Origin: Octopus vulgaris
Taxonomy: Eukaryota
Length of the DNA: 64,000 nt
Assembly: GCA_951406725.2 (NCBI GenBank)
Contig: OX597825.1
Location: 45,198,001-45,262,000, forward strand
Direction: 5' to 3'
Part shown: piece by piece, positions 11,339 through 25,300 of the stretch
How positions within the stretch are numbered: the first letter of the stretch is position 1
How the letters are laid out: each line of letters starts with the position of its first letter
Program-made: the position numbers and the translations under genes
The notes under the pieces: model-generated
The model's input: only the letters and a program-made list of their open reading frames with translations
What the model was told of the DNA's origin: nothing
Database searches by the model: none

Positions 11339-13887
11339 TAGCATTATGACCCGGCGTTGCCGGGTCATAGTGCTAGTTTGGTATAAATTTGTTAAATTAA
11401 AAATTTGGGGCAATAAAACTTACAATGACATATTAAAAAGATGAATTAAAATTCTAGAGAAAAATACATAGAAGATAAATATACAAATTTACAAAAGTAC
11501 ATAAAAGTTCAGAGATGCACCAATTAATGAAACATATCATATATTTAAAATCGACACTCCCCTCGTCAGGATATTTTTTACACACAACACATCGTTTCTT
11601 TATTACCCATAAAGGGCTACACAGAGGGGACAATACAAACATTGGGGACATAAAACATCACAATTACATAAATATGGAAAATGAAATATGAAAATGATAA
11701 ATGAAAAATGAAAGTGATGCTAACGGCCCCATCTGCTAGCATCACTTACCTGTCTTTCATACTTTACCCTGAATGTAATACACATTGTGCTCTATTTTCA
11801 TCGCAAATCTCTTTTCCATTTCCGTTATTATCTCGTCATCTATTTCAAATCTAAACACTTTATAGTTTTTCTTTTTACATTTTTCCACGAATTCTTCTAT
11901 ACGTTCTTCCGAGATTACAGCATACCTATCACTGTCCTTGTCACACCAGTGATAGTCTTTCAATATTTCTTTACGTCTTTTTTCGTCGAAATACCTAGAA
12001 AATTGGGCCCAGGTTTTTTTGCGGTATCTTGTCTGTTTGCTTCTTTTTTTTTGTTTTCTTGTTAGTGGGGAGCAGGTGGGTTCACTGTCTGCAGTGGAAG
12101 GGTGGGTTTCAGAGGGTGCAGGTGGTGTTGGGGTGGATTGGGGTTCAGCACAAATAATTTTTTTCCTTCTTCTCTTCTTCCTTCTTCCCATTCTTTTTGT
12201 ACCTTCTCCTCTTCCGTTGTGTCTTTCTCTGTTGATTTCTGCTCTTCCTCATTGGCCACTACTTCTCTTTGAGGTTCCGCATCAATTTCCTTTGATGGGG
12301 GAGGGCAGTTAGCTCTTATGTGACCTTTCAGGCCACACTTGTAGTAGCGTGGAGCTCTGCTCTCCACCCACACTCTCATAATGACACTTCCCATTCTGAT
12401 ATTCTCAGTCAATTGTTCCAATATTTCAGCCTCTGCTTGCTCGTTTAGTTCCAAAACTGCACCCTTCCAGCCTTCATCTTTCACTGTAGCATGGAGGATG
12501 TCAACTTCTTCCTCACATCCACTGATTACGGCTGCCACTATCCCCTCCACCCAGATATGAGGGCAGAAGGAACACCTTTTCTGTCTTCACCGTTCTCGCT
12601 GCCATTTTCCTCGCCACACTTTCATTCTTGAACTGGACCACCACGGTACCGAAATTTATGCCTCTTGTCAAGAATATTATGTCTTCTTCCAGTATTTTTA
12701 ATGCTTCTACTATTGTCTCCATACTGACAACTTCTATTTTCTTTTTTGCATTGGCATAAACCCGGTATTGGATGGTCCTTCATTCATGCCACTCTCTTCG
12801 TTTTGGTGGCGGTGACAACTCCACTTCACCTCCGACCTTTTTAATAAATGCCTGGTAGCTTGGCAACTTGGCCAAGTCTATTTCTCTTTCCTCCGTTCTT
12901 GTCGCTCCTGTGTATGTGTTGCCTAATTGCTTGTCCATTTTCTTTATCGCCTTTTCAAGTTCTTCTTCAGAAGTCGATAAATCCAACACACTTTTGAACA
13001 TACTTCGTCTGGCAGTCTCTTCCTTAGGGAGGGGCAGCCCACTTCTCCCTTGTTTGTCTCAATACAGACAGACAAAAAAAAAACGTGTAACAATAACGTT
13101 TAATGATAAAAATTAACAATCAACAATTAAACAGCAACTCACAGGTTCAAATAAGAAGCACAATAACACACAACACATAGTACACGGAAACAAATGCACA
13201 ATTACATACCTGCTACATACAAAAGACCAGACATTACGTATTCCCAAAATTCTCATAAATACTGAATGCTACTTTATAAGCATATAATTCAATCTAGCAG
13301 CTATAGTAAATGGTATGTGCACAGCTCAAACTGGACTAATTCACTTCTGCACTCAATTAAATTTTTCATCTTTTAATTTCTCTCATTCATGCAAAGCCAC
13401 ATATTCGAGTTCAAGTCCTTGATACATTTTATACTAATTGCTATTTTTTCTTTTAATTGTTATATTACGGTTTAATTACCATTTTAATAAAATAAAATAT
13501 ATTTAATTACTACTTACTATATTTACTATATTTAATTCAATTGTTATTATTACCTTTAACTTTTATTGCAATTTTTATTTCTAAATTTCTTATGGAATGT
13601 CGAGTGGATCTTATGCGTACAATATATTTTTATATGATATTTATATATTTATATATTACTATATATTTCTAAACATCGGGCTTTAAGTCTGTTCTGAAGA
13701 TATATATGAATATATGTATGTGTTTGATCTTTCTGTGGATTTTGTAGTGCTCTTGTAGTTGCTGCTCGCATTGCCTCCCCTCAGATTAAAAAGTGTATAC
13801 AGCTCATTTGAGCACTACTATTCCAGTCTGTTATATATTTTGAGTGTTGTTGTCACTAACGATCTCAAGATATAACTTTATATTTTG

Positions 13888-13934
<47 letters not shown>

Positions 13935-14186
13935 CATCCATATACATACAATAGAGAGATGTTTTTGTTTTACTTTTAACACGTAATACTGAAATAATGG
14001 AGAAGATATGATATTGCTGTGGGCCCACTCTAGGCAAGAAGTTAAACATTTTTTTTGCCGATGACACTACATGGACCCAAAGTAAGGCATGTGTAAAATT
14101 TGAATGAAATTGGTTGTGTAGTTCTCAAGTTTTAGGGAAACACACAGACAGACAGGCACACGTTCTCAGTTTTATATATATAGAGA
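11338..14186 (-). mobile_element. Non-autonomous Helitron carrying nested insertions
   Basis: Minus strand starts A|TCTCTATATATATAAAA at 14186 and ends with the hairpin atgacccggc-aac-gccgggtcat followed by CTAG|T at 11338. These are canonical Helitron termini. Confidence 0.75.
11595..13165 (-). mobile_element. ORF1-only (HAL1-like) non-LTR element with frameshifted gag-like zinc-knuckle ORF
   Basis: Adjacent ORFs 13001-12780, 12722-12513, 12550-12062 and 12191-11757 form one broken ORF with YYKCGLKGHIRANC (decayed CX2CX4HX4C). No ORF2. Ends in aataaagaaa. Candidate 15 bp TSD acacacaacacat(c/a)g at 11580-11594 and 13166-13180. Confidence 0.75.
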
Positions 14187-14489
14187 TAAATACTAGCTTA
14201 AGGTGACCCGCAATACCTTGCTTTCTCTTACTCTCTATCTTTCTCTATCTATCTCTCTCCCATTTATAAACAACAAAAGATCTTGAGTAAGTTGAGAAAG
14301 AATATATTTTGAAAGATCAATCATAAATATCAGGCTGTAACAACGGAAAGGTCTGCTTCAAGGCAGACAGCAAAACACTAACATTTAAAAGGGACAAAGT
14401 TTGAAGGGATAGAATCTGAGGATAGTAGAGTCACCATGACTGGCATTTCTTAACAACGGACAGCAATGTAGTGGCAGTTTAACGGCTGG

Positions 14490-15730
14490 CATGTACAGGG
14501 ACGCTGCTAGTAAGGTGAGGGTTGGCAACGAGTACAGTGAAGAATTCCGGGTAGAGGTAGGGGTGCACCAAGGTTCAGTCCTCAGCCCCCTCCTATTTCT
14601 CATAGTCCTCCAGGCAATAACGGAGGAATTCAAGACAGGATGCCCCTGGGAGCTCCTCTATGCAGATGACCTTGCACCAATTACTGAGTCACTATCAGAA
14701 CTGGAGGAGAAGTTTCAGGTGTGGAAGCAAGGATTAGAATCGAAGGGCCTTAGAGTCAACCTAGCTAAAACCAAAGTCCTAATAAGTAGGAAGGTAGACA
14801 AATCACAAACGCCTTCAGGTAGATGGCCCTGCTCGATCTGTAGAAAAGGCGTAGGTAGAAACTCTATAAGATGCACCAAGTGTAAGCTATGGACACATAA
14901 GAGGTGCAGCAATGTCAAAGGAAGGCTAACTAGGAAAATAGTTTTTGTATGTGGCAGATGCTCAGGAGCAATAAACTCTGAAAATGCGCAGAGAACAACT
15001 TCCGCCACATTCCAGGGAGAAAAACTAGAAGTAGTTCATAGCTTCCGTTACCTAGGGGACCAAGTCAGTAGCGGAGGTGGGTGTGCTGAAAGTGTAGCAG
15101 CTAGAATAAGAATAGCCTAGGCAAAGTTCAGATAGCTCCTACCTCTGCTGGTAACAAAGGGCCTCTCGCTCAGAGTAAGGTAGACTGTATGATGCTTGTG
15201 TACGAACAACCATGCTACATGGTAGTGAAACACGGGCTGTGACTGCTGAGTACATGCATAAGCTCGCAAGGAATGAAGCCAGTATGATCCGATGGATGTG
15301 TAATGTCAGTGTGCATACTCGACAGAGTGTAGGTACCTTGAGAGAAAAGTTGGACCTAAGAAGCATCAGATGTGGTGTGCAAGAGAGACGTCTACGCTGG
15401 TATGGACATGTGGTAAGAATGGATGAAGATAGTTGTGTGAAAAAGTGCCACACCCTAGTGGTTGAAGGAACCTGTGGAAGAGGTAGACCCAGGAAAACTT
15501 GGGACGAGGTGGTGAAGCACGACCTCTGAACTTTAGGTCTCACTGAGGAAATGACTAGAGACCAAGACCTATGGAAGTATGCTGTGCGTGAGAAGACCCG
15601 GCAGGACAAGTGAGACCATAACCCATAGCCTCTATCTGGGATGTAGCCAGTACACTTATGCATACCTTTCCTTCTTGGAACACAAAACTCTACTTGTGAA
15701 GACAGGTTGAGGCAAGTGGAAATCAGAATC
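14490..15730 (+). mobile_element. 5'-truncated RTE-clade LINE (RT C-terminal half with PHD-like Cys cluster)
   Basis: GVHQGSVLSPLLF, LLYADD, FRYLG, MLHGSET, RLRWYGHVVRM and GRGRPRKTW motifs; stop and frameshift near 15120-15180. Confidence 0.92.
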
Positions 15731-15769
15731 AAAATCGAAATCGATCAACATCAATGGAAATTGTAGCTG

Positions 15770-16050
15770 TGATACCAGTGCCGGTGGCACGTAAGTGAAC
15801 CATCCGAATGTTGCCATTGCCAGAACTGCCCCAATGGGCCTCTGTGCCAGTGGCACGTAAAAAGCACCATCCGATCGTGGCCATTGCCAGCCTCGTATGG
15901 CCCCCTTGCCGGTGGCACATAAAAAGCAGCATCCGACTGTGGCCGTTTGCCAGCCCCATCTGGCACCTGTGCCGGTGGCATGTAAAAAGCACCCAATACA
16001 CTCACGGAGTGGTTGGCGTTAGGAAGGGCATCCAGCCATAGAAATATTGC
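15770..16050 (+). repeat. Degenerate tandem repeat (gccggtggcacgtaaaaagcacc core) at the RTE 3' end
   Basis: Four core copies at about 15780, 15845, 15908 and 15971, followed by ggttggcgttaggaagggcatccagc. Confidence 0.75.
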
Positions 16051-16446
16051 CAGATAATATTTCTCTCTATGAATGCAGACAGACGTAGATAGAGAGAGAG
16101 AGAGAGGATGTGGTAGAAAGAGTGAAAACAGCGGGGGAAGGATAGTAGGCGTTGTCAAACGACATTATAGAGAGAAAGTGAAAGGAAGGGAGGAAAGAGA
16201 GAGACACAGAGGAAGACAGCCAGATGAAAGAATGAGAGAAGACTTGTCAAAGTGTGTGTTTTTCGCCCTAGTAACCACACCTTTTAAGATAGGGATTTCT
16301 ACCCTAGCCCACCGATATCCTCACCTCATTTTACATGTCCCTGTAAATTTTGGAGTCAATCCAACGGGATCTAGTAGCCTTTAACCCATTCCAATGCCAA
16401 AACCAGACAAACAAACTTTTCGCATTTCAGAATTATAATATAGAGA

Positions 16447-18151
16447 CTAGCTTAAGGTGACCTGCTCTACGCGTGGGTAAGAGTGTGGTTGTTACTTTCT
16501 GCTGCTTCTTTTGTTTTTTATCACCACATTCTCCCTCTTTGTTTCTCTCTCCTTTCTCTCTCACTTTCCTACTCACTTACTCTTCCTTTCTCTCGGACTC
16601 TCCTTCGCTTTCTCTCGGACTCTCCTTCGCTTTCTCTAACTCTCTATATTTCTCTATCTCTCTCTCTCCCATTTATAAACAACAAAAGATCTTGAGTAAG
16701 TTGAGAAAGGAAATAGTTTGAAGGATCAATCATAAATATCAGGCAGTGACAATGGAAAGGTCTGCTTCAAGGCAGACAGTGAAACACTAACATTTAAAAG
16801 GGACAGACAAACTTGCAAGCTGAATAAAAATAAATAAATATTGGAAACCAAAGTTTGAAGGGACAGAATCTGAGGATAGTAGAGTCACCATGGCTGGCAT
16901 TTTTTAACGACAGACAGCAACGTAGTGGCAGTTTAGCGGCTGGCGTAAAATTTTGAACTTGATGTAAAAGAAAATTCCTAAACACCAAGTTTTGAAGTGA
17001 TTCTTTCTCACGACAGTAGACTCACCATGGCAAGCATTCAAAACTTCTTCATCATGGATGGCAACACATTGAAGATTAAAAGGTTGGCGTGAATTTTTTA
17101 GCTTGATGTAACAGAGAATTCCTAAACACCCGCTCCTGTAAATTTTAATCCCCTTCCAGCCCCATTTAGACCCCTTTTCACGTTTTGGTTAATACAACTT
17201 GATTTCATTCAAGTCTACTTGGGCCACATTTTATAAGATGAGGAATTTTGTCCTAGAGGTTATGCCTTTCATTTGAGGAAAAAAATAGTTGCCATGCAAA
17301 CTCGCCAGCACTTTTAACATAGGTGCGCATATTTTCAGCTCAACCGACCACATAATGCACACATTATATATATATGTGTGTGGTGTGTGTGTGTGTGCGT
17401 GTGTGTGTGTGTGTGTGCTTGTGTGTACACATTATATATATAAATGTATACAAATTATATATATATATAAATAAATACAGATATATACACTTTGTATATA
17501 TACATTATATATATATATTTATATATAGAACACACACACACACATATAAATTAACCCAATAAATATCTGATTCATAATATATATTTGTTCTCATGATTGT
17601 GTGGTGGTTGTGGCGATGATAATTCTCTCTATGAATGCAGACAGACGTAAAGAGAGAGTGTGACAGCGCTGGTGAAGGCAGCAGGGAAAAGATAGTAGAC
17701 TTTCCCTCGCTTTCTCTTACTCTCTATCTATCTCTCTCCCATTTATAAACAACAAAAGATCTTGAGTGAGTTGAGAAAGAAAATATTTTTACGCTTTTTA
17801 AACCCTTCGTCGTTATTCTCTTTCACTCATTATTACTTTCTCCCTTTCTTAGACACTGTGAAACGACATCACAGAGAAGGTGAAAGGCAGGGAGGAAAGA
17901 GAGTGAGAGATGGAGAAAGACAGACACATAAAAGAATGAGAGTAGACTTGTCAAAGTGTGCGCTTTTGGCCCTAGCAACGACACCTTTTAAGATTGGGAT
18001 TTCTAACCTAGCCCACTCTCACCCTCACCTCATTTTACATGTTCCTGTAAATTTTGGAGTCAATCCAACGGGATCTAGTGGCCTTTAACCCGTTCTCAAT
18101 GGCAAAACCAGACAAACAAACTTTTTGCATTTCAGAATTATAATATAGAGA
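16447..18151 (-). mobile_element. Non-autonomous Helitron (tandem copy B)
   Basis: Directly abuts copy A (minus strand ...CTAG|TCTCTA...). Subterminal hairpin at about 16461-16479; TC start at 18151. Confidence 0.8.
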
Positions 18152-18289
18152 TATATAGAGAGAGAAGGAGAAAGAGAGAGAGAAAGCAAGCAAGAGAGAG
18201 TAAGAAAAAGAGAGCATATATATATATAATATTTTTATCATCATCAGTGTTGTTATCATAATTATCATCATCGTCCTTATAATTATTAA

Positions 18290-18480
18290 GGCAGAAAGCT
18301 GGCAAAATCATTAGCACATTGGCAAAATGTTTAGTGGCATTTTGTCCATTTTTATGATTTGGATGCAAATTCCACCACGATCAACTTTGCCTTTCATCCG
18401 TTTGGTAGTCAATAAAATAAGTACCAGCTGAGCACTGGAGTCAATGTAATCAATTTGCCCACACCTCTGAAATTTCGGGC
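18290..18480 (+). mobile_element. tRNA-derived SINE
   Basis: gctggcaaaatcattagc head and caactttgcctttcatcc...aataagtaccag core, shared with 28949-29180 and 4370-4500. Confidence 0.7.
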
Positions 18481-18481
18481 C

Positions 18482-18514
<33 letters not shown>

Positions 18515-18515
<1 letters not shown>

Positions 18516-19048
18516 TGAGTGAGAGAGCAGTACATGCCATCAAAGTGATGCTGAGGTAAAATATACGAAGCCCAGTATACTCATCATCTGATAAGGGTAC
18601 ACTAAGCACATGCATCACAACAATATGTGCGTGACATGGTGATCTCATATCAAGATAAACAGCACATGACCTTGCAGGTGGGGCCCAGTTAGAATTTTCT
18701 TCTGGTCGAGTAACCCATCCTGCTCAAAAGGTCCTTGAATAAGGGTTGTTTAAGGAAATTCACCACATTTCCAGAGGTGAATTATTCAAACCCCAAAGAA
18801 TCCCTCTCAACACATGGCTATGATGCTCCTCCACTACTGCTCATGATCAGAGATGCACATGTTGTCAGCCACTAAGGGGCATGCTCAACTGGTTAAGGTC
18901 AAACAACTGACAAGCAAATCTGTAGTATTGAGCAGAATATTTGCTGTAACCCATCTTTTATACCAAGAGAAAACAATGTACATGATAACACTTCCAATCA
19001 GTTAAGATCAGAAGCCATGAGAGCCACTGCCTGGTACTGCATCAGGGC

Positions 19049-19050
<2 letters not shown>
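18515..19050. repeat. Interspersed repeat flanked on both sides by (TAT)n
   Basis: ~535 bp block bounded by (TAT)n at 18482-18514 and 19049-19090, consistent with a retroposed insertion into a microsatellite. Confidence 0.45.
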
Positions 19051-19091
<41 letters not shown>

Positions 19092-19365
19092 CTTTCTTCT
19101 GCATTATAGGTGCATCTTTGAACTGCTGGAGAACAGATCCAGTTTCTCAGATCAAACAGATCATTTTGCGCAGCTTTCTTACAAGCTGTCCAACATGAGG
19201 GCTGTACCATTGGAAAGGTTTTTTAAATAGCAGTAGTTATCTCTTCCAAAGAAGGATCTACTGTAAGTTCCCGACTTGTAGGCCTCTGAAGGATTTTAGG
19301 ATTGGTAGTGGATTTTTGATTTTACACGGATTTAGCCCTACTTTTCAGAATTTCATCTTTGCTAC

Positions 19366-22300
19366 TGTTGTAGTAAAAATGAGTATTCCCTTCCCAGCCA
19401 CCATAAAGTCAGACAGTCAGCTATTGTAAAAGGTCAGTAGTAGTAGAGTCATTGTACGAATTCTCAGTTGGAGTCAGTGTCAGTTACGTGTTATATACAA
19501 GTTTTAGTTACCATCAAGGTAGACGTTTCGAAGTCATTGTCTTGCAGAGCTATCAGTGAGAGACAAGTCAAAGATAATAAGATTCGGAATACCACCACAA
19601 CATGATAGTAGTGACAAGAATATTACAGTGCCAACAATAACATACAAGTGGACAAGGATCCACATTATAACAGTGGCAACAAAGATATAAACAATTCACA
19701 TGGACGATGTTTAAAAATTTTTTACAGAGAAATTAAAAACTCGATACGTGAGTAACAAACATTTTTGTTGTACATATTTTACAAAAAATCCATACAATTA
19801 TGGAAAACTTGTTAGAGGGTCTAGATGAGTTGCAAAAACAGCAACAACTCAAAGAACAAGAACAACAACCAGTGTTACAGCAACAAATGCTACAAATAAT
19901 GAAGTTGGTAACAAAACCAGAAAATATGTTTTTGTCAGACCATGTAGCAAATTCAATGAATGAATTTAAATATGACCCGGAAGAAGGAGTCACCTTCGAG
20001 GCATATTAGTGAAGATTATGGACGGATGAAATGAAAATGCATTTAATTCTGAAGAAACTGGTGATGATAAAGCATAAAAAATACTACAGTACTAAAAAGT
20101 TTCTGCCATAAATTTCACAGACACAATTGATATTTTATGGAAGATGTTTAGTGAAAAACATCGCTATTCAACACACATTGGAAGTGATTGAATACTAAGA
20201 AATGCAATAACAAAGACTTTACCACATATGTGGGTAGAGTGAACAGAGAGTGTGAGAGATTTAAACTGGATAAACTAAATCCAGACTCGTTCAAGTGCCT
20301 GATTTTTGCTCAGAGACTTACTGCTAAAAAGAACACAGAAGTTAGAACAAAAATTTTTGCAAAGCTGGAAATGAACCAGGATATAACTCTCCAGAAACTG
20401 TCAGAAGAGTGCAATATTATATTAAAAGTAAGGCACAACACAGAAGAAATCCAATGCAAAGATTGTTTAGAGATAAAACCAATGTGGAAGAGTTGGAAGA
20501 CGGATCAAGTGTTACACAAAAAACACATTATATACAACAGGAGATAAACCCATGTAAGGCATATGGTGGTAGGCATTCATAAAAGCAAAGTGTGTTCTTT
20601 GTGGGAATACAGGGCAAATTAAATCACACTGCAGAACTAAGATGATGAAAAATTAGACGAAACCAAAAAAAAAAAAAATAAATAATTTGTCATCAGAGAA
20701 AAAATTTTGTACAGCAAACAGAAAATTCGTGAAGGTGAGAGTCAAAACTACTAGTGTCAAAATGCAATTAGACATGGGTTGTGACATTACTATCATAAAT
20801 GAAGAAACATGGCAACAAATCGGTAAGCTGAAATTATCTAAATCAATAAAGTAGCATATGGTGTCACAGGAAAGAAATTATATTTCATCGGCAAATGTAT
20901 TTGCAATGTAACTGTAAAATTCAAATTAAATGAATTAACCCCAGATTTATTCAAAAGCCTAATTTTTGTTCAAGGGTTAACAGCAAGTAAAGACACTGAT
21001 ATATGTTCTCATATATTAACAAAATTAGAACAAGACCAAAAATTAACTCTACAGGTAGTGGCTGAAGAATGCCAGAGGATTATAAATTTAAGGCATGATG
21101 TGGATAAAATTAAAGAAAAAGATTGCTCTCGGATACATGCATGTCAACCTGAAATGGATAAGAAAAAAGAAAACTGAATGTCTAGGCCAAATCCATGCTA
21201 TGCCTTGCATTTTAAAAGTAATTGTCTTTTTAAAAATCTTAAATGTTTTTATTGTGGAAAAATCAGACAAAAACTCACATTGTATAACAAAACAAAAAAA
21301 AAAGGGTCGAACAAAACAAATTCTAGAAAGAATACATTGTTAAAAAAAATTCCATGTGAGGCTCAGAAAAGAAAATTTGTGTCCATAAAAATGAATAATG
21401 TGAATATCAAGTTACAGTTGGATATAGGCAGTGATATCATGATAATTAATACAGATACTAGGAGAATAATAGGGACACCTGGATTAAGGGAAACTTCAAA
21501 ATGGGTGAAATGATAAGTGATGCTACATTTTGTGAAAAAAACCTTGAAAGCCAAAGTTTTTGTGTTAAAAAATACAACAAATTTATTTGGAGCAGGCTGG
21601 ATAGAACTTATGGGACCTACCCATTATTATTTTTTGTAAGAATGTAAATGGTTCTTCCACCAGTACAAATAAGTAGTCGGAGAATTTTAAAAAAAGAATT
21701 AAAATTAATTTTTCCTGAAGTTTTTTGAGGAATTGGATCTTTGCACTAAAACAAAGGCAAAGTTTCGAGTGAAAGAAAATGCTATACCAGTATTTAAACC
21801 AAAAAGAATGGTGCCTTTCACAATGTGGAAACAAGTCAACAAAGAATTGGATAGACTTGAAAAGCTTGGCGTTATTGCAAAAATTGATAACACAAATTGG
21901 GCACCCCTTACAGTTTATGTAAAGAAAAAAATAATAAAATCTGAGTATGCACTGATTTCTCAACTGGATTAAACAAATATTTGATGCTATATAATTACTC
22001 ATTACCAAGTCCAGAAGAAATTTTTGCGAAGTTGAATGAAGGAAAAGTTTTTTCAAAGTTGGACCTATCTGAAGCATATTTGCAGGTAAAAGTCGATGAG
22101 GAATGCTCAAAATTATTAACAATAAATATCCATAAAAGGTTACATAAATTTAATTGACTCCTCTTTCCAACAAATTATGGACATTATGCTCACAGGTTCG
22201 GATTTCGCTGTAGCTTGATGACATACTCATAAAAAGTAAATCTCAAGGTCAGCATGCTGAGTATGTTAAAAAGGTTTCGAAAGAATAAAAGGGTATGGTT

Positions 22301-25300
22301 TTAAGCTCAGTGAGGAAAATTGTGAATCTTTTATGTCAAGAATAAAATATCTAGGGCAGATTATTGAGGAAAATGGACACAGACCAGACAGTCTAGGGCA
22401 AATGCAATAAAAAATATGCCTCCCCCAATGAACATTACAATATTACAAGCATTTTGGGGGCTTGTAAATTACTACCAGGTATACATATCGAATATGCACG
22501 ATTTAAGAGCACTCCTGAATAGCTTGTTAAAAAAAGACATTCAGTGGAACTGGTTGGACAAATGCCAAAAAGCCTTTGAAGAAATTAAAAATGTCTTAAC
22601 AATGGAACTGTTGTTATCACATTTTGACCCAAATTTAGAAATAGTAGTGGCAGCAGATATTAGTGAAAGTGGTAGTGGAGCTGTGATTTTACACAAGTAT
22701 GAAGATAGTAGCCTGAAAGCTATAAAATTTCAATCTTGGCCCAAAACCGATATTCCATGGTCCAGAATACACACAGAATTCGCAGGACTGTTAACTCGAT
22801 CATATTATCTAATAGTGGTAGATAGCTTTACTAAATGGCCAGAAATGTGTAAATATAGCAAACCAACATCCATGGTAACAGGTGATGAAAAAAAATAAAT
22901 AAAAATATTAACTTCCAATGGAAGTCAATTTCAAAGAGGGAGATGTTGTGGTGAGAGTTACTGACACCCCTAGTGGATTGGAGAATGGACTAGCAGAACT
23001 CTTATAAAGAGTAGAGGTCGGTAGTAGTTAGAGAGAGAGCATTTTAGTAGTCTTGCAGAGTACGTTGTGTGAACACTGATTAAACCTCCGCTGTGTAATT
23101 AATCTATACCAACTTGTGGCAGGATATAAAAGTAACTTTTTGAGGTGAAATGAAAAGGACAATCATTTAAGTGTTGAAAAAGTCACTAAACCTATTTGGC
23201 ACAGAATGCATGGCGTTATTTAAAATGTGGGATACCCCTATTAGTGTTCTCTGTGAAAATGTAGTCAGCACGGTTAAAAGTTTGAAGGAAGTCAAACAAC
23301 TGAGGCAAAAAATTTTTTAATTGTTTCCAAATGTTTTTCTGGAAGGATTAGGCTATTGCACTAAAACAAAAGAAAAGATCACAGTAAAAGAAAAGGCAAC
23401 ACCTGTTTTTAGGCCCAAATGGTATGTGCCATTTTCAGCATTGGACCAGATCAACAAAGAGCTAGAAAGACAAGAAAGTCTAGCTATAATTGAAAAAGTG
23501 AACCATTCAGACTGGGCAGCTCCAACGGTTCACGTAAAGAAAAAAATAATACACTAAGAGTGTGTGTGTGGACTTTTCAACTGAATTAAATGACTGTTTA
23601 GTTGAACTCAGCATCCATTACCAAGCCCAGAAGTGTTCTCAAAACTAAATGGAGGAAAAATTTTCTCAAAGTTAGGCCTCTCGGAAACCTATCTACAGAT
23701 ACAGGTAGGGGAAGATTGCATACACCTTTTAACAATCAACATACACCGTGGATTGTATAAATTCAAGTGGCTTCCTTTTGGAGTAAAAGTGGTGCCTGCC
23801 ATATTCCAACATGTAATGGATGCAATGTTAAATGATTGCAACATTGCTATTGCTTATCTTGATGGTATTTTGAACATATTAAAAAAGTATTCAGAAAAAT
23901 AGATGAATACAAGTTTAGATTAACAGAGGAAAAGTGTGAATTTTTTATGAAAAAAATCAAATATTTGTGTCAAGTAATTGATGAAAGGAGATAAAAGCCA
24001 GACCCAACAAGGGTGATGGCAATACAGAATATGCCTCCGCCAACGAACATAAAAATTGTTACAAGCATTTTTAGGCTTGGTAAACTACTATCAAATATAT
24101 ATTCTGAACATACACAACACAAGAGCTCCACTAAACAAGCTGTTAAAAAAGGATGCCAAATGGTTTTGGTCAGAAAAATGCCAGAAGGCATCTGAGGAGC
24201 TAAAAAGCATGTTAACTTCAGACTTGTCGCTTACACACTTCGATCTGAAGTTGGAAACTATGCAAGTGAGTTCAGGGTAGGAGCCTTATTCTTACACAAC
24301 TGTGAAGATGGCAGCCAAAAGGCCATAGCTCACATGCCAAGAACTATATTGCCAGCAGATAAAAATTATAGCTAAATTGAAAAAGAGACATTAGCAATTA
24401 TATCTGGCATAAAAAAGTTCCACAAGTTTATACTTGTAAACGGTTTCGACTACAAACAGACCATTGCCCATTACTAACGATTTATGGATCCAAGAAAGGA
24501 ATCCCAGTACATACAGCAAACAGGTAGCAGCGATGGAGCATATTTACCTTCGAAAAAGCTAGGACATATTGATGACCTATCTATGTTAATTCTCAGAAAT
24601 AGGAAACCATTCGAGGACACACTAATAGCAGCCCTAAGAGCTGAAGGGAAAATTAAACACATAATGTGGAACATTGGAGGAGAGCTACCAATAACTCTGG
24701 AGGAAATAAAGCAACACATGTCAAAAGATAAGTTCACTAATGAAACAAAAAAAACTCTGTGGTCATCTAAAGAAAGGAAAAATAGGTTCAGTAAGAAAAA
24801 TCAGCAACAGTTAAATATATATTCAACATGCGATGGCATACTAATGCATGGCCAAAAGAGACTTTACAAAAAAGCATGAAAGAATTCCATATTGGACATC
24901 CCAGGATCACAAGGATGAAAACACGTAAGCACAGTTATGTGCACTGGCAGACAAGGAAGACAGACAAGGAAGTTGAAAACATAGTAAAAGGCTGCAGAGG
25001 ATGTGCTCTGGCAGCAAAATTGCCTACTATAAAATGGAAGCCTTGGTCAGACATAAAAAGTTCATGGTCCAAGACTACATATCGATTTTGCAGGTTCGTT
25101 AAATGGTTATTACTACTTAGTAGTAGTTGACAGTTTTACAAAATGGCTGGAAATTGTTAAGTGTAAAAGACCAACCTCTAAAACAGTAATAAAGTTTTTG
25201 CACAAATTATTTGCAGGATTTCTTGTCCAAGATGTGATTGAATCTGATAATGGAACACAATTTGTGTCCAGTGAATTTTTAAAATTCTGTGAAATGTTCA

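Larger units (their letters stand above)
14193..16446 (-). mobile_element. Non-autonomous Helitron (tandem copy A), middle replaced by RTE sequence
   Basis: CTAG end at 14193 and TC start at 16446. Blocks 14220-14490 and 16055-16446 match copy B. Confidence 0.75.

Noticed and set aside
11480-11575. Minus-strand CTGACGA as a third hammerhead
   Set aside because: No convincing stem II, GAAA or stem III/NUH in register; kept only as a weak hint in the target-site finding.
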